Shown here: positions 12,901 to 26,922 of the stretch, one piece after another
How the letters are laid out: every line of letters begins with the position of its first letter
Position numbering within the stretch: position 1 is the first letter of the stretch
Assembly (NCBI GenBank): GCA_039621445.1
Contig: CP154954.1
Coordinates: 18,462,642 to 18,526,641 of the forward strand
Length of the DNA stretch: 64,000 nt
From: Euglena gracilis
Taxonomy: Eukaryota
Direction of reading: 5' to 3'
The notes under the pieces: generated by a model
The model's database searches: none
What the model was told of the DNA's origin: nothing
Seen by the model: only the letters and a program-made list of their open reading frames with translations
Made by a program: the position numbers and the translations under genes

Positions 12901-14650
12901 TTTGGTAATTGTTTTGGAGTCAAATTTGAGGGGCTTGTGGTTTTTTTGAGCCACTTTGGGCATTTTCAGCCAGGTCAACCCCAGGTCAACCCCAGCTGCA
13001 AAAAAAACAATGTGCAAAAGAAAAAAATTGTTCCTTATGGGCCAACGTCGTTTTTAAAAAAAGATCGCATCTGGGGGATCCTTGGACAAGCCCGGTCGCT
13101 GGACAAGGGGGGAAAGGAAGGTGGGCGGTTTTTTTCGCCCCCCCCCCACCCCCGGAGAGGGGACTCTGGGCCCAAAATCACTCTGAAAAACCAGTCAACC
13201 ACCCCCTCCCTGGAGGAGGGGGTTGGCCAATGACTAAGTGATTGTGTGGGCTGGTTGCCAACTTCCAGGGGAGAGGTATGTATGGTCTTTATTTTTGGAT
13301 TATCAATGGCTTTTTTGCTCTCAAAAAAATTTTTGAGAAAATGTTGAATTTTTGGAGGGTGTTAAAAAAATGGGGTTTTGAGGGGTCCCAAAATGGGTCA
13401 AAAAAACACCTGGCACCGAAGGCGCCGGAAAAATTTTTTTGGGTCCATTTTTTCGGGTTTTTGTGTATTGAGGGGGTCCTTAAGGGGCGGTCCTTAACTA
13501 AAAAAAAAAATCCCGTCCCTTACGGACCGCCCTGCCGAGAGCCAAAATGTGACGCCTTCCTTGTGACAGACCGCGGTGTGGGGTGTGTGTTCCAATAAAC
13601 AAATAATATGGGCAGAACCAGGGAGTGGTGCTTAGACAAGGAGGGCTGACTGGAATCCTCCACGCCGCGCCGAAAGTCGTAATTTTGCTTCATCTTTGGC
13701 ATCTTTCGTAGAGGAAACGTTCTCCCAGGAAGATGACCTGTCAAAAGATGACTGAGAACCAGGGAGTGCTTAAGGCAAGGGTGGAGGGTGGTTCGTTTGG
13801 CGGTTCTTGAGGGTACAGGGACAGTTGGGGGGGAGGGGACTTGAACAGGAGAAATGTGCAGGATATTGTTGTTGGAAATTGTTGTGGGAAAAACTGTGGC
13901 CAAGATTTTGTCCAGGATTTCCCCCGCCGTTTTAAGGATCCGCCATTTTCCTGGCAGATTTGAGAAAAATACAATTTCTTCCAATGAACGCCCAAAAATT
14001 TTCTTTGCGCCAATTCTCGGAATGCATTTTTTGTTCACCTGTTGGAAGGTGCACTGATCATCCAAGGAAAATGTGTTCTTCGCTTTATTTTGCAAAATGG
14101 GTTCGAGAGACTTTTTTGTCCAGAATTTTTTACACCTTCATTTAAGCATTGGTCCAGGATTTTCCCTCACGGTGATTTCCCCAACAGCAGCTGTCCATGT
14201 CAACCTTTTCCCCCTCTGGCACCAGCACCTACAGCCACTACCTATTTTGGTTCTCTAGTCAGCCCTGGTCGGCCCTGGCCGGCAGGTAGTCAGCCATAGG
14301 AGGGAGTGTCAACAATGGGCATATATCAAGACCACATAATGCACTTGTAAGACACTTTTGCCGCCTTTTGGCCGCGTTTAGCTGCGTTTGGGAGGCTTTT
14401 TTTTTGAGGACGTTTGGCCATTTTGGGTTGCTTTCGCCCATATTTAGCTAATTTTTTTTGCGACGAGTTCAGCATTTTTTTTTTGGCTGCTTCAAGTTGC
14501 TCTTTGTCAACTTTTATGCTATCTTAGGTCCTGATCGCTTTTGGCCGCTTTTGGCAACTTTGGCCGCGTTCGGGCAATGTTTGGCAACTTTGCAAACTTT
14601 TGGCTGCTTTTGACTGCTTTTGAGCGCCTTTGGTCAATTTTGGTCACAAG

Positions 14651-15106
14651 CAGGCATTTGCTTAAGGACCCCGGGGGGGGGGGGGGGACTGGCTAGCAAA
14701 TCGGCTAGACACCGGAAAAAGTGGACTAGCTAGGACCCCCCCTCCCCCCCCCGGGGGGGGGGGGGGGGTCCGGGGGTCCCCCCCGACTGGAAAAAAAATT
14801 TTCCTCCAGCGCTGCGCGCCGAGGTGGAAATGAGGGTTTTAATAGGTTTTTGGCTGATTTTGTTCCAAAAAATTCCCAAAAATGTCCAAAAACGGGCATT
14901 TTTGGCCATTTTTGGGGGTCCGAAAAAAATTTGCGGCGCTTCGCGCCGGTCACTGGAATTTTTTTCCCACTAGCTAGCCCTGCTAGCAGACCCCCCCCCC
15001 GGGGGGGTGGTCTGCTAGAAATCCCACTAGCCAGATTTGGACTAGCTGCAGTCCAGCCCCCCCCCCGGGGGGGGGGGGGTACTGCAATCCCTTAAGCAAA
15101 TGCCTG
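14651..15106. mobile_element. hAT-like MITE, CTAG-rich family
   Basis: TIRs CAGGCATTTGCTTAAGG / CCTTAAGCAAATGCCTG; TSD GTCACAAG/GTCAGAAG (7/8); collinear with 8688-9118. Confidence 0.9.
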
Positions 15107-15535
15107 GTCAGAAGCGGTTACGTTCGGCCAATCTCGGCCACTTTTGGTTACTTCTAATTGCGTTTTAGCCAATATTGGCCACCTTTCAGCCACTGCACAC
15201 TTTTTGGCCACAATTTTTGGTGGCTTTTGGCAGCTTATGACAGCCTCTGACTGCTTTTTGCCACTCTTGTCACCCACATCGGTGGACTTTATGCCCTCGG
15301 ACTCCATGTCATATGTGCATGAGCAGCCAACTCTTTACCTGGGTATCCCCCCCCCACTCATACTCATATCTTCCAACCCAGTGCTCAGACCCAGGGAGTT
15401 GAGAATTCTCATTTGCCATTTAAGTTTAGAGAGCAGCATAAAAAATGACGATGTACGCATTTGCAAACATCGACGAAGAAAAGAGCTTAAGTGCGAGATG
15501 CACTGCCCAAGTGGATTGCCCCCCCACCTAAACAG

Positions 15536-17050
15536 GGACGTGGCCAAAATGAACAATTTGAGGTACGGTGCAGAGTGCTGGGCCGAAAAACCCTTTACCC
15601 AAATCGACCCAAGGTGCAACTTTAGCACTTTGGGCGATCGGGTCCCATTGTGAGGGGACCCTGATCAGGACGACAAGCACCGGGGAATATTCCCCTGGGT
15701 TCGTGGGGCTACCGTGTATCAGCGTGTCACCAACTCAGCCTAGCATCCCACCGCCGATGGGGGGGGGGGGACTGGAGCTGGCGGTCCATTTGTTCATTGT
15801 GTTGGGTGCTTCAAAAAACAAAAGGGTGAACCTGCCACCCCACCTCCACAACACCACCTGGGGCTGGCAGTTGTCATACAGGGGATGAGGGGTGGCGGTA
15901 CTGGGGTTTTGGTGGTTTTTTGTCGGTGTTTTTCACTTTGGGGGGATAGGTCCGGGGGGTTGCGAGTCATTCCGACCTCAAAAACAGCAAAAAAAAACAC
16001 GTAATTCCCAAGAGCGGTGCCCAAAACGAGGGACCGCCCGTATTTTGTCCAACCTTGCTTCCCTCTCGCTCTCACCCCTTGTAACGCCGGTGCTCAAATT
16101 GGTTTTTTGTCGGTGTGTGAAAATGCGCACATCGACCAAAAAAAAAGCTTAAGTGCCAGATGCACCGCCTAAGATCCTTCCCAGTTGTCTTGTCCATCTT
16201 TTCTGGTTCTTACACCAGGGGAGGGGGACAAAGGCCACCAGAAGATGCCAAGGGTGGCAGCATCTTGATAAAGAAAAAAAGCCAGTGCCTGCAGATGGCG
16301 TGGTTGCATAGAAATTTCTGTGGCTCCACCTTCCTCCTGGCATCCTGCTAACCAGCACGGGGAAATACTCGCAAGCGCTGGTGGCTGTCTGCTTTACAAG
16401 ATGGCTCTTCCTGAGCAAGATTGTGCCGACGCCACAACATAAAATACTCACCCAGAAATATGCTTGCCCTTCCAGCCACCCCCTGAAGGACCAGGAACTT
16501 CAAAGGGGGGGGCTGTTCAAGGAGGCCGGGAGGGTGGGCCCAACCCCCCCCCCTCCCGGGAGGTGCGTCGCCCCCCCCCACCATAGCAGTTCGCAAGGAA
16601 TGTTTTGACCTAAAACCCCCCAAACACCACCCACAGGGTTGCAGGAATTCCCGCACAGCTCTGGGAACCAACCACAAAAAAGTGCGCAAAAAGACCAACC
16701 ATTTGCCTGCAATGAACCCTTCGGAGTGGCGCAGTCAGGTGTGGGCCAACACGCACACATACAAGCCCGAGCTGTTTCGCAAGCAGCACAGAGGGAACGC
16801 GACGCACGATCCGGAATACGTGCAGAGCCTCCAAGAGCTTTCGAACCAAGAGCACAACAAAAATTGGGGCCCTTGGTTCAGTGAGCAGGGAAATTGACAG
16901 AATGGTCCATAGGCTTGGCGACGCCTGCAAATGCCAGACAGCGTGGAATGCAGACCGAACATTTCTATGCCTGACAGCAAAGGTTTCCTAGATGAGTTCT
17001 TTCTAAATTTGCACCTCGACCACAGAAACTGCGAAAAATGGGGAGGTTGA
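15536..17050 (+). CDS. Candidate multi-exon gene fragment, unknown protein; exons 15536-15562, 16356-16380, 16739-16819 (or longer) and 16979-17050
   Basis: ctaaacAG/GTacgg and ctaaccAG/GTggct micro-exons join in phase to a GC3-rich exon: DVAKMNNLSTGKYSQALVWANTHTYKPELFRKQHRGNATHDPEY...KGFLDEFFLNLHLDHRNCEKWGG*; no family recognised. Confidence 0.38.
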
Positions 17051-17208
17051 AGTATATGCCTTCATAGGGAGAAAATAGAACGCACTACCAGATGGTTTAA
17101 ACCCCCCATGGTGACAAACATATTATCATACAATTGCCACTATGCGCAATCGAAGGATGGAACTAACGCCAAAACATGAAATATAATATATATATATATA
17201 TACATATA

Positions 17209-17248
<40 letters not shown>

Positions 17249-17303
17249 CTATATATATTATATATATATATATATATATTATATATCTATATCTATATAT
17301 ATA

Positions 17304-17344
<41 letters not shown>

Positions 17345-17348
<4 letters not shown>

Positions 17349-17635
17349 GGTGGGAAGTTTAATACCCCCCGGGGGGGGGTATTAAACTTCCCACCAGGTT
17401 GGGCACCCCCGTTATTGAAGGTATAGGGTTAGGTGCGCACATACTGATTTGTGCTCATCGGCTACGTTGCGCTAATCGGCAACGTTGCGCAAACATTGCC
17501 GATTAGCGCAACGTAGCAAATTAGCGCAAATCAGCATGTGCGCACCTAACCCTATACCTTCAATAACGGGGGTGCCCAACCTGTGGGAAGTTTAATACCC
17601 CCCGGGGGGGGGGGGGTACAAACTTCCCACCTGCC
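17345..17635. mobile_element. Near-perfect palindromic foldback MITE with GGCA termini (Merlin-like)
   Basis: GGCAGGTGGGAAGTTT...AAACTTCCCACCTGCC; the 291 bp is self-complementary almost throughout; each end holds its own hairpin; internal TAGGGTTAGG / CCTAACCCTA; flanked by ATATATAT. Confidence 0.88.
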
Positions 17636-17707
17636 ATATATATATATATATGATATATATATATATATATATAATAATTATATATCTATATATATATAAT
17701 ATATATA

Positions 17708-17746
<39 letters not shown>

Positions 17747-17751
17747 ATATA

Positions 17752-18370
<619 letters not shown>

Positions 18371-18984
18371 ATATATATATTTATATATATATATATAATT
18401 ATATATATTATATATATATAAAATATATAATATATATATATTTCATATATCTATATATAAAATATATATATATATAATATATTATATAATATAAATATAT
18501 TTATATATATAGATATATATATATATTATATCTATATATATATATATATACACAACATATATCTATATATGTATATATATATATATATATATAATATGTA
18601 TATACATATATAGATTATGTATGTGTGTATATATATGTATACATATATATATATATATGTATGTGTGTATATATATGTATACATATATATATATATATGT
18701 ATTTATATAAGAAGGGGCCAAAAAGGATCCAGGAGAGGATGGCTCGATCAACAGAAATCTGGTGTGTATTACACAAAAAAAGCATATCAAAGTCATTACA
18801 CAAATCAAAGCACATCAAGAACATGTGGAAAAAAGAGAATATTGGAGAACAGCATCATTTCGACAAATGCTAGAAAGAAAACCTGAAAATTAGAACAGGG
18901 AAAGTGGTGGGGGTGCCACAATAAAAAAAGAACATGCTGTTTAAAACTGTTGTATCCTAAATTCCCCTGGGTGGAAAACGTGAT

Positions 18985-20325
18985 GGGCTCGTTAGTGCGC
19001 ACATTTGCGCAAATAATAATAATAAATAATAATCACAATTACGTTTGTTTGCGCATTTGCGCAAATGCGCAAATAAACGTTTAACAAACCGCTTCAAAAT
19101 GATGTGTTTCAGCGAGCCTTAACACACACAAACAATATTTGTTTATTTGCGCAAATGCGCAAATAAAAAACATGAGTTGTGCGACACCATCTCCTGCTCC
19201 GTGACAGCTGGCGAATGCAATTCCTCACGCCAACCATTGAATTGCACCACGATTACATGCCGATGAAATTTGTGGTGAGAGGTAGTGTGTAATGCTCACT
19301 GGAACACGGCATGTGACGGGCCAAAATTTGCCTGCCTTACGTGTGCACATTTGCACTGCTGTTACCCGGCCCACACGACCTGTTCCTTTGGCGTCATCTG
19401 TTTGGAAGTTAAACGTCATGAACTGATGACGTGCAAACTACCTGTGTCTGTTTGACACCTTTTCTGCAACAGTACTGCGTTGCAAGAAGTCAAAATTTGG
19501 CATCTGAAATACCGGGATGCGTCGGGCCGGAGTCCGTTTCATGGTTTTTCACCACCATTTTCCCCTTGAAAAACGTAAAACACACCAATTTTTGTGCATA
19601 ATTCGGCGGGAGTGATCCCACCGCTTTGAGGCCACCAATCCAGTGGTACACGTTCACCATTTCCTTGCACCCAAAGCAGCGGGTGTTTGAGGGCTGTCTC
19701 TCTCCGGCCGCTGGTTGCCATGCACTGGCACCACGTTGTCCCCCCTATCAAACCCTGAGCCCAGGCCGCAGGTCAGCGGCAGGGCCCTTGGGACCCAAAA
19801 ATTGGTGCCGGTGGAGGTGCACCGTTACTGGGTGGCTGCGCACTCACCTTCAGGAGATCCTCTGTCTCAACCTTCCCTGGGACCTGTCAATGGTCCAAAA
19901 ACGGCCCCATAACACCATATGCCAGAGGAGATGGTGTGGTCACTTGGTTGAACCCATTCAGAAGCCACTAAGGGTAGCTGTAGGAGGGCCAAACGAAATC
20001 GTTTTTACTTCTCCATTGGTTGTTCATTTGCGCATTTGCGCGCATCACGTTGTTTTGGGCGCAAATGCGCAATAAACCAGATGTAAATTGTGCAGTTTCT
20101 TCATGCAGTTTATTTGCGCATTTGCGCCCACAAACAACGTGATGCGCGCAAATGCGCAAATGAACCACATCTGCTGCTGGTGTTTGACGGTTGTGTTTCC
20201 GTCACACCGTCCTTCTTTGTGTTTATTTGCGCATTTGCGCAAATAAACAAAGAACATGTTTGTTTGCGCATTTGCGCAAATGCGCGCATAAACATAATTT
20301 TGTTTGTGCGCGCATTTGCGCCCAT
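18985..20325. mobile_element. Probable non-autonomous DNA element with clustered TTTGCGCAAATGCGCAAA subterminal repeats
   Basis: Motif clusters at 18995-19165 and 20025-20320 around a unique core; exact TIR and TSD not resolved. Confidence 0.5.
19848..19883 (-). CDS. Candidate 36-nt micro-exon (VPGKVETEDLLK)
   Basis: ttgacAG acceptor and consensus GTGAGT donor; open in phase 0. Confidence 0.35.
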
Positions 20326-20453
20326 AAGCTTGTGCCGTCGACAAACAGCGTGACAAACCCACCAACTGGAGGGCCCGTTGGTCTGCGCACTTGCTTGCGC
20401 ACAGCTGCTCCGTCACGCCGTTTATCAATGGCGTCAGTTCATGGGTGCCAAAG

Positions 20454-23400
20454 CCCAATCCTTGAAGGACATGTTTATCCTAGGCGGCGCGAATTGCCCA
20501 ACCAAATTTTGCGTTTTTTGACGTTTTTTGGCTGTTTTGAAACCCCCCTAAAAGGGCACAAAATTCTGGGTTGAGAGGGGTGTGCTGTAGCTTTGGGCTA
20601 AAATTTTCTGGAAGTGGTTTTGCGCGGTAATCCGCTTAAACGATTTGCGATTGTGTGTGAACTGAGTGAGTTTTGGGGGTGCACTAGAAATGTTTGAAAT
20701 GGCTGGGAAAACACCGACTTTGAATGGGTGTGACAAGGGGCTGTGTGTCAGTGGTTTATGTTAATAACGGTATTTGAGAAACAAATGAATATTGCAAGCG
20801 TACGTGGATAACCGTGTATATTGAAGCAAGAGGTGTCAGACGACGGAGTTAAACGTTTAGGCGGATATCCGTGCAGAACAAATTTGTACGCGTATTACCG
20901 CCTAAACGAGAAAGCAACGCATGGTACACGGATTACCGCCTAACATAACACAAACAGTTGATGACTGGTAGGAGGGAATCCGCCTGCTGTATGTGTATAA
21001 GTGGGGAGTGTATGGCGAACTGGTGTAGGCGGGAATCCGTCTGGGAGTAAAGAAGAAACAATGATGGTGTCCTGGTGGTGTTGATCTCACCCCCCCCCCG
21101 TGAGACTGGCATAGGCCAGGTGCTGGGGTCTGCTGGGGTCTCTGGAATGGGGGACAGTAACATCACGGCCAATGGTAGCTGGGGAACTCCCTGACGACGT
21201 GGGCAAGTGCCACCTGACGATATCCTGCCCTCCCCAACGCACTTGGATAGAAAAAGGTTCCTGTCCAAAAACGACCCAAAAACAAAAAAAGAGAAGAAGT
21301 GACTGACTTATGAAACTCTGCACTCGCAGCATCCGGTATGAGCCAAAACCCACAAAATCTTTCCCCCCAACAACAATTTTGTTTTAGGCGGTTAACCGCC
21401 TGACCATTTCCACAATAATTTCAAAACACCATTGAGGAGTTGGCATGGGGTTGGGTGGGGACCAAGAGACGACGTGGGCAGTTATCCGCTAAAAACAAAA
21501 TACAGAGTGCCCGCTCAGGAGGCCAACGGCTGACTTGTCACACTTGAGCACTGAGGCCTGGTCTCCTTTTACGAGTTCGGATGGAAACGGGGTTTGCACA
21601 AACAAAATATATGAGATGGAGGGGGGGGGGGGCATACCAGCTGTGAGGTCAGAGAAGTCAGGCGGGAAACCGCCTGGCCGGGTTAAGGGTGGGTGGGAAG
21701 AAAAAGCAAAGCATTTGTGGACGATGGGGTGGGGGTGGAAGATGGAAACCGCCCTAGAAATGAACTCTGCTGGTTTGTTTGCAAAGTATTGCCAGTCACA
21801 GGCGTGAAACTTTGCAGAGTACACGGACGACAGACTTTGTTGCCAGGCTGCCAGGCAGTTTGCAACTGAATGGTGTCTGGCATGTTGTGGTGAGTTTGAG
21901 GGGCGGAGGTTTATGGAAACCAGGGAGCAGCAGGGTTTGACCAAACGAGGAGAGACGGCCAGCCCTTAAACTTGGGCACTCAGAGCAGGGGTGGTTTCCA
22001 AAAGGACCGGACACACTTGTGCTGAGGCTGATTTCATGGATGGAAGCCAAATGCACCGCGTCAAACATCGACCCAGCGTTGGTTGAGAACGACAACCTTT
22101 TGGTTTACCCCCCTTCCACGTGGTTTCTAACTGTGGAGACCACGGTTGCCTCCTCCGGAGGCACGTTGCCGGACCCGAAGGAGGAAGAGCCAGAAAAAAA
22201 GAGGTGCTTTGGGCATTTTGTCTGAAATTCAGCAAAAACTGCAGCTTTTCAAAGGAAAAATGTTGTAAAGCTCCTTCAAAAAACAATTACAATGGCCTTG
22301 AATTTTTCAGAACTTCGAGGACTCCTTCCAAAAAAAACCCACAAAAAATTTTGATTGCTGCCACCAGCTGCTGAAATAAGCGTTTCTCCGTCCATATCTT
22401 GAATCACTTCTTCGTCAGCCTTCCACAAACCATGATTTTGGACCACAAACGCCGTTGGGTTCCAAGTGGAGGGCCCTGGGAGGGGCTTTTGTTCCTCCTG
22501 AGAAATCAACCTCAACATTTTGGCTGTTTTTGGGGGACAGTAACAAAATATCACCTCCACCGCAGCTCACCTGGCCTGGCAACTGACACATGCGTTCCAC
22601 TGCTCTCCCTGCACACGACACCTTCGCCGCTAGCCAGGGGGAACATTACCGCCTCCTCATTGGAGAGGAGGGTGTCCACCTCCTGCTCAAATGCCAGGCG
22701 GGTTTCCGCCTGCTTGGGTGCTTGCTGTCCCGCCGCAGCAGCCACAGCTCCCATTCAACCTGTCCCGCCCAACTTTCAAACATTGTGCTGCCGACACCGA
22801 CCACCGACGCAGACACTTCGGGACACCAAAACATCACAGACACAACCCATCACGACAGCAACAAGCTCCACGCAGGTTTCCGCCCAAACCTCATCTGGGC
22901 GGAAACCTGCGCAAAATAAAAACGAAGTAGGCGGATAACCGCCCACTGCTACCATTCACCAAAATCTCAAAATCACCTCCCTCTCCCCCAAATTTGTTCA
23001 TTAACAACTTCACGTGATGACCCACTTCTGGAGGTTTCAGCGCGTTCCCACTTGCTGCTCCCATATGTCATCCACAAACTAGAACGCTTCTCATTTCCAA
23101 ACCCTTCTGCGCGGGTTTCCGCCTAAAGATCTCCAACTCACCCATATCAGTCATTTGCCGTGTGTGACACCCCACCCCGACACAGCACCATCCACCACAC
23201 AAAATGAAAATCCAACACGCCCACTCATTCTGGTCAGCTGTGCATGAAGCTTTCTAACGTTTCATGCATTGATGTGCACGGAGATCCGCCTGAAAAGGGT
23301 CTTACAAAAACTTCCCAAAAAAAGTTTTGTTCTGTTTCCGCACCGCCGCAAACAAAATTTTTAAGCAACTCTCCGCAGAGGTTGACAGGTGGGAAAAAAA

Positions 23401-24052
23401 TGTTCAGATTTGCGTGGCACAGCTGCGTCGTCAGCAGGAAACTTGTGCGCTGACAAATTAAGGAAACCACGCACTCAAACCGCATCCCATTTCAGTTCAC
23501 CTTGGCCACAAGTTTCTCAACGTTCTTGAGCTTGTGACGGCCAGAATGGTGTTGAAGCCTTTCCCAACCCCCCCTGTTCCGGATAACAGCACAGGCAACC
23601 ACGCCCCCCTCCCTCCCGTGCCTTCCTGGTCCAACTGTCAGCCCGCGCTGCCAAATGATACATCGTGGTGCACAGCCCAGGAGCAGGGGCATGCTGGGGA
23701 GCTTGTACACCAATCAGGACACCCGGGGCAAGCACACACAGCACACACCTCGTTACGGAATTGTCACTGCTTTAGGCGGTAAACCGCCTAACCTCACTTT
23801 TACCTTTCTTCCCAGGCCAGCCCCCTCCGTAAGAGTAGCATCTCTTCATCACAAAACCCAATTTTGCGCGGTTTACCACCTAACACGTCCCTTCCAGAAA
23901 TTATAGCATCTTTTGGGCAGTGCTGTCTGTTCACCTTCCCCATCACTGGACCTCGGAACTCACGAGAGCTTCAAAAATGGGCGGGTTGCTTAGGCGGTTG
24001 CCTCTTCTTCACCTGCCACACCGTGTCACCGCGCCCGACCTGTGGTCAAACC
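20454..24052. mobile_element. Possible 3.6-kb element carrying many AGGCGG-N4-CCGCCT palindromes and decayed minus-strand coding pieces
   Basis: About 15 palindrome copies concentrated here; bounded by direct repeat GGGTGCCAAAG (20443-20453, 24053-24063); TIRs not convincing. Confidence 0.4.
22276..22754 (-). pseudogene. Decayed coding-like segments (MGAVAAAAGQQAPKQAETRLAFEQEVDTLLSNEEAVMF...; ...NHGLWKADEEVIQDMDGETLISAAG)
   Basis: Protein-like composition in two frames, joined only by a frameshift or short intron; no motif recognised. Confidence 0.3.
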
Positions 24053-24733
24053 GGGTGCCAAAGTAGAAACCACAAAAAATGACCAAAAAACCTGCGAATT
24101 ATGCAAATGATCAATTTTTGACCCCAAATTTGCCCTGGCCAGCCTTTTTCTGACCCATTTTCATCCATTTTTCATTTTTGACCAATTTTTTTGGCCATTT
24201 TTGTGCCTCTGAAACCGTTACCATCCAGCCCATAAATTCACTTGGTAGCCCCTGGGGGGGGACACTTTTTCCCCGGCCCAAACCCACTCACCCAGTTTTT
24301 TCGAAAACCCACCCACCCCCGCCCACAACCCCTCACCCCCCAGGGTCAACCACCCACCCACCCACCCAAACTCCAGCCAAAATCGGCCAAAAACGCTCAA
24401 CTTTTGTTTCTGCCTGGCCTTCGGCCTGGCAGAAACTTGACCCATAGTGTACCCCCCCCCAGGGTGGGGTGCCCCAAAGGTGGAAGCCAGCAGGGAAGGA
24501 GGGGCCCACACGAGGCAGCGGACCGCCCAAACCAACCCCAGACAGGGCACGGAGCGCAGGTACCAGTATGTAAGGGAACCACTGGTACCCAGCAGCACAC
24601 TACCCACCCGCCACCTGCACTAAAGGCCGAGACTTGGAAACCCGGGTTTACCGAAGCCGCAGGACCGTGGACGGGCCACACCGGAACGTTGCAAGTCATG
24701 GCGTTGTGTCTGCGCCATGCATCCCCCATACAG

Positions 24734-25914
24734 AAAAGTGGCAAGAGGGCAAGAGGCCAGAGCAGCACTGAGGCGAAAAGGTGTAGAACAAGGTAAGCCC
24801 CGCCAGGCTCTGGCCACCTCCACGTACACAAACAGAATGGGCCAGAGGCGAAAAACAGCGCCAGGCCAGAAGAAAGGATAAAAGGCACCAAGAAAGAAAC
24901 CCAGCCACAGTGCACACAGGGGGGGGGGGTGCGTTAAAGAAGCACCCTGGTTGGTATATGTCTCATTTACGACACACCTTTCCAGCAGGGTGGGATTTCC
25001 ATTTACCGACATTATTCTTATGTTCTCTGAACACCCCCCTCCCCTGGGCTTCTGTTCGATCATTCTCCGTGTGGTTGACAAAGGATTGTGAACCACAAAA
25101 AAAAATGTCTGTTTACGAAAAAAAAATTTCATTTGTGTTCATTTACATATTCTGCATGTGGTAACATCAACACTTTCTTTTGTTGCTGTTTTTATTTTTA
25201 TCTTTTGGCAAGCTTTGTTGTTTTTGAGCTCTTTTTTTCTGCCTTTTAATTAATTTCTGCTTGGAAAAATGACGCAGTTTTCGTCATTTTTGTCCCTTTG
25301 AAGCTTTTGGCAAAACAAAAATCACAAAAGCATGTTTTTTTTGACCTTTTTGTATGCCTGAACCTGCCCCAATTTATAATGCTGAACTTGGGTTTCGTTT
25401 GGGGTTTTGATTGTTCTTGTTTTACCATTTTTTTTCTGTCACATTCACTCCCCCAAAAGCCGTTGAACTCAACCGGGCCCAAACTCTCATTTTCAAACAG
25501 TTGGGATCAATGAGCAGGTGAGAGTTTTGGGTTGGGTTGAATTTACACACAGTGCACCAGAAAGCTTTTATTCACCCTCAAGTTTTGTGGGTAGGCTCAC
25601 CCCCAAGCCCCAAAGCCTACGTTAGCCCATGGGCTGTGATGTGTGCACACCAGCACAGCCCTGCCCCACACAGAAGACCCCAGCAAGCTCTGCCACAGGG
25701 CTCTGTGCAAATCTAAAAATAGTTGTGTGAGAGTAAACGTTTTTAAGTAAGAGTTTTTCAGTTTGTGAACCTTTTTGCTTTGCCACTCAAAACACAGCCC
25801 GGGAAAGTTGGAGAGGAGGTCAACGCTGGAGTGGGTGTCTTTTAGTTCCAGCTTCAAACAACACATGCTGGTAACCCTGGCAACGCTGGCTGCGGAGGCA
25901 AGAACTTGGTCAAG
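24734..25914 (+). CDS. Two candidate small exons (24734-24792, 25846-25914)
   Basis: atacAG...AG/GTAAGC and ttttAG...AG/GTAAAA; phase-compatible join KSGKRARGQSSTEAKRCRTSSSFKQHMLVTLATLAAEARTWS. Confidence 0.25.
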
Positions 25915-26666
25915 GTAAAAGAAAATGGCCTGAGATCACCCAATTTCTTTTCTCATTTTCTATTGGTTCTTCAAAATGAATTCACGCAGATGTTGCTCAG
26001 CTGTGCATTTCCATTGCATTTCTATCTGCAACCTGATCTTTGCAGTGTGCTGTGTCGATTGGGTGTGTTCTCACACTCGTATCAAAAGGACGTGGAGGTA
26101 CGGCTTCTCATAAAAGGATGACTGATGAATGATGACTGATCAACGTGTATGCAAGCCTCCGGGCCATTCCATCGTTGTTGGGTCGTCACCGTCCCACCAG
26201 ACGGTGACTCTAGCCCCTGCGTGTATGTTAATTGTTTGCGAGCAGTTCAAATGGCAGCTGCGTTTCCCTGCGCGCTGTTTGCAATGCAACTGGCTGGTAT
26301 GTTCGCAGGGCCAGACCCGACTGTCCTGTGGGGTTCGTGGCCACTCCTGGGAAGGCTGGTCCAGCATCGTTTGGAGGGTTGGAGGGCTGCATCTTAAACC
26401 CCCCCACTTATAAACCCCCTGGGGTTTATAGGATCCGGTTTGGTTGGTCGGCCGAAGGGGGTCAGAGGGCTGCGAAGTGCCCGCAAGGCAAGAACCCCGC
26501 GCCGCTTGAACCGAACCAGGGGCCACTGGGCTTCGGCTGCAGAGGATGCACTGAGAGAATTGGGCAGGAAGCTGTTTGAGAAGGGTGTTGGGGAGGGGGG
26601 TTTGGCACAGGGGTGCTGGCAATGTGCACTGGCCAAAGAACCCGGAAGCCACTGGATGGATGTGGC

Positions 26667-26922
26667 TAGGGGTTTTTTTTAAGACCGGGGGAGGGGGGGT
26701 ACCCCCACCCACCCACCCTGGGGGGGACCCACTCAATCTTCCCCGAAAATGGCCAAAAAATAGCGAAAAATGCCAAAAATAGCGCCTTTTTCAAAAATTT
26801 CGGTACTTCGGCACCGAAAAGTGTATATCCTCCCCCCCCCCCTGGGGGACCCCGGGGAGGGGGTTCGGCCGGACCCACCCACCCTATCCCCCCCGGGGTC
26901 CACGACCAAAAAGAAACCCCTG
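26667..26922. mobile_element. hAT-like MITE, shorter sister of 9509-9978
   Basis: TAGGGGTTTTTTTT / AAAAAGAAACCCCTG; TSD GATGTGGC/GATGCGGC (7/8). Confidence 0.85.

Noticed and set aside
15280-15341. VDFMPS resembling a glycosyltransferase DxD-region motif
   Set aside because: No first Asp, no clear acceptor, and donor phase does not fit the next candidate exon
16979-17050. FLDEFFLNLH resembling an FkbM-type methyltransferase motif
   Set aside because: Too short and no SAM-binding motif seen; product left unnamed
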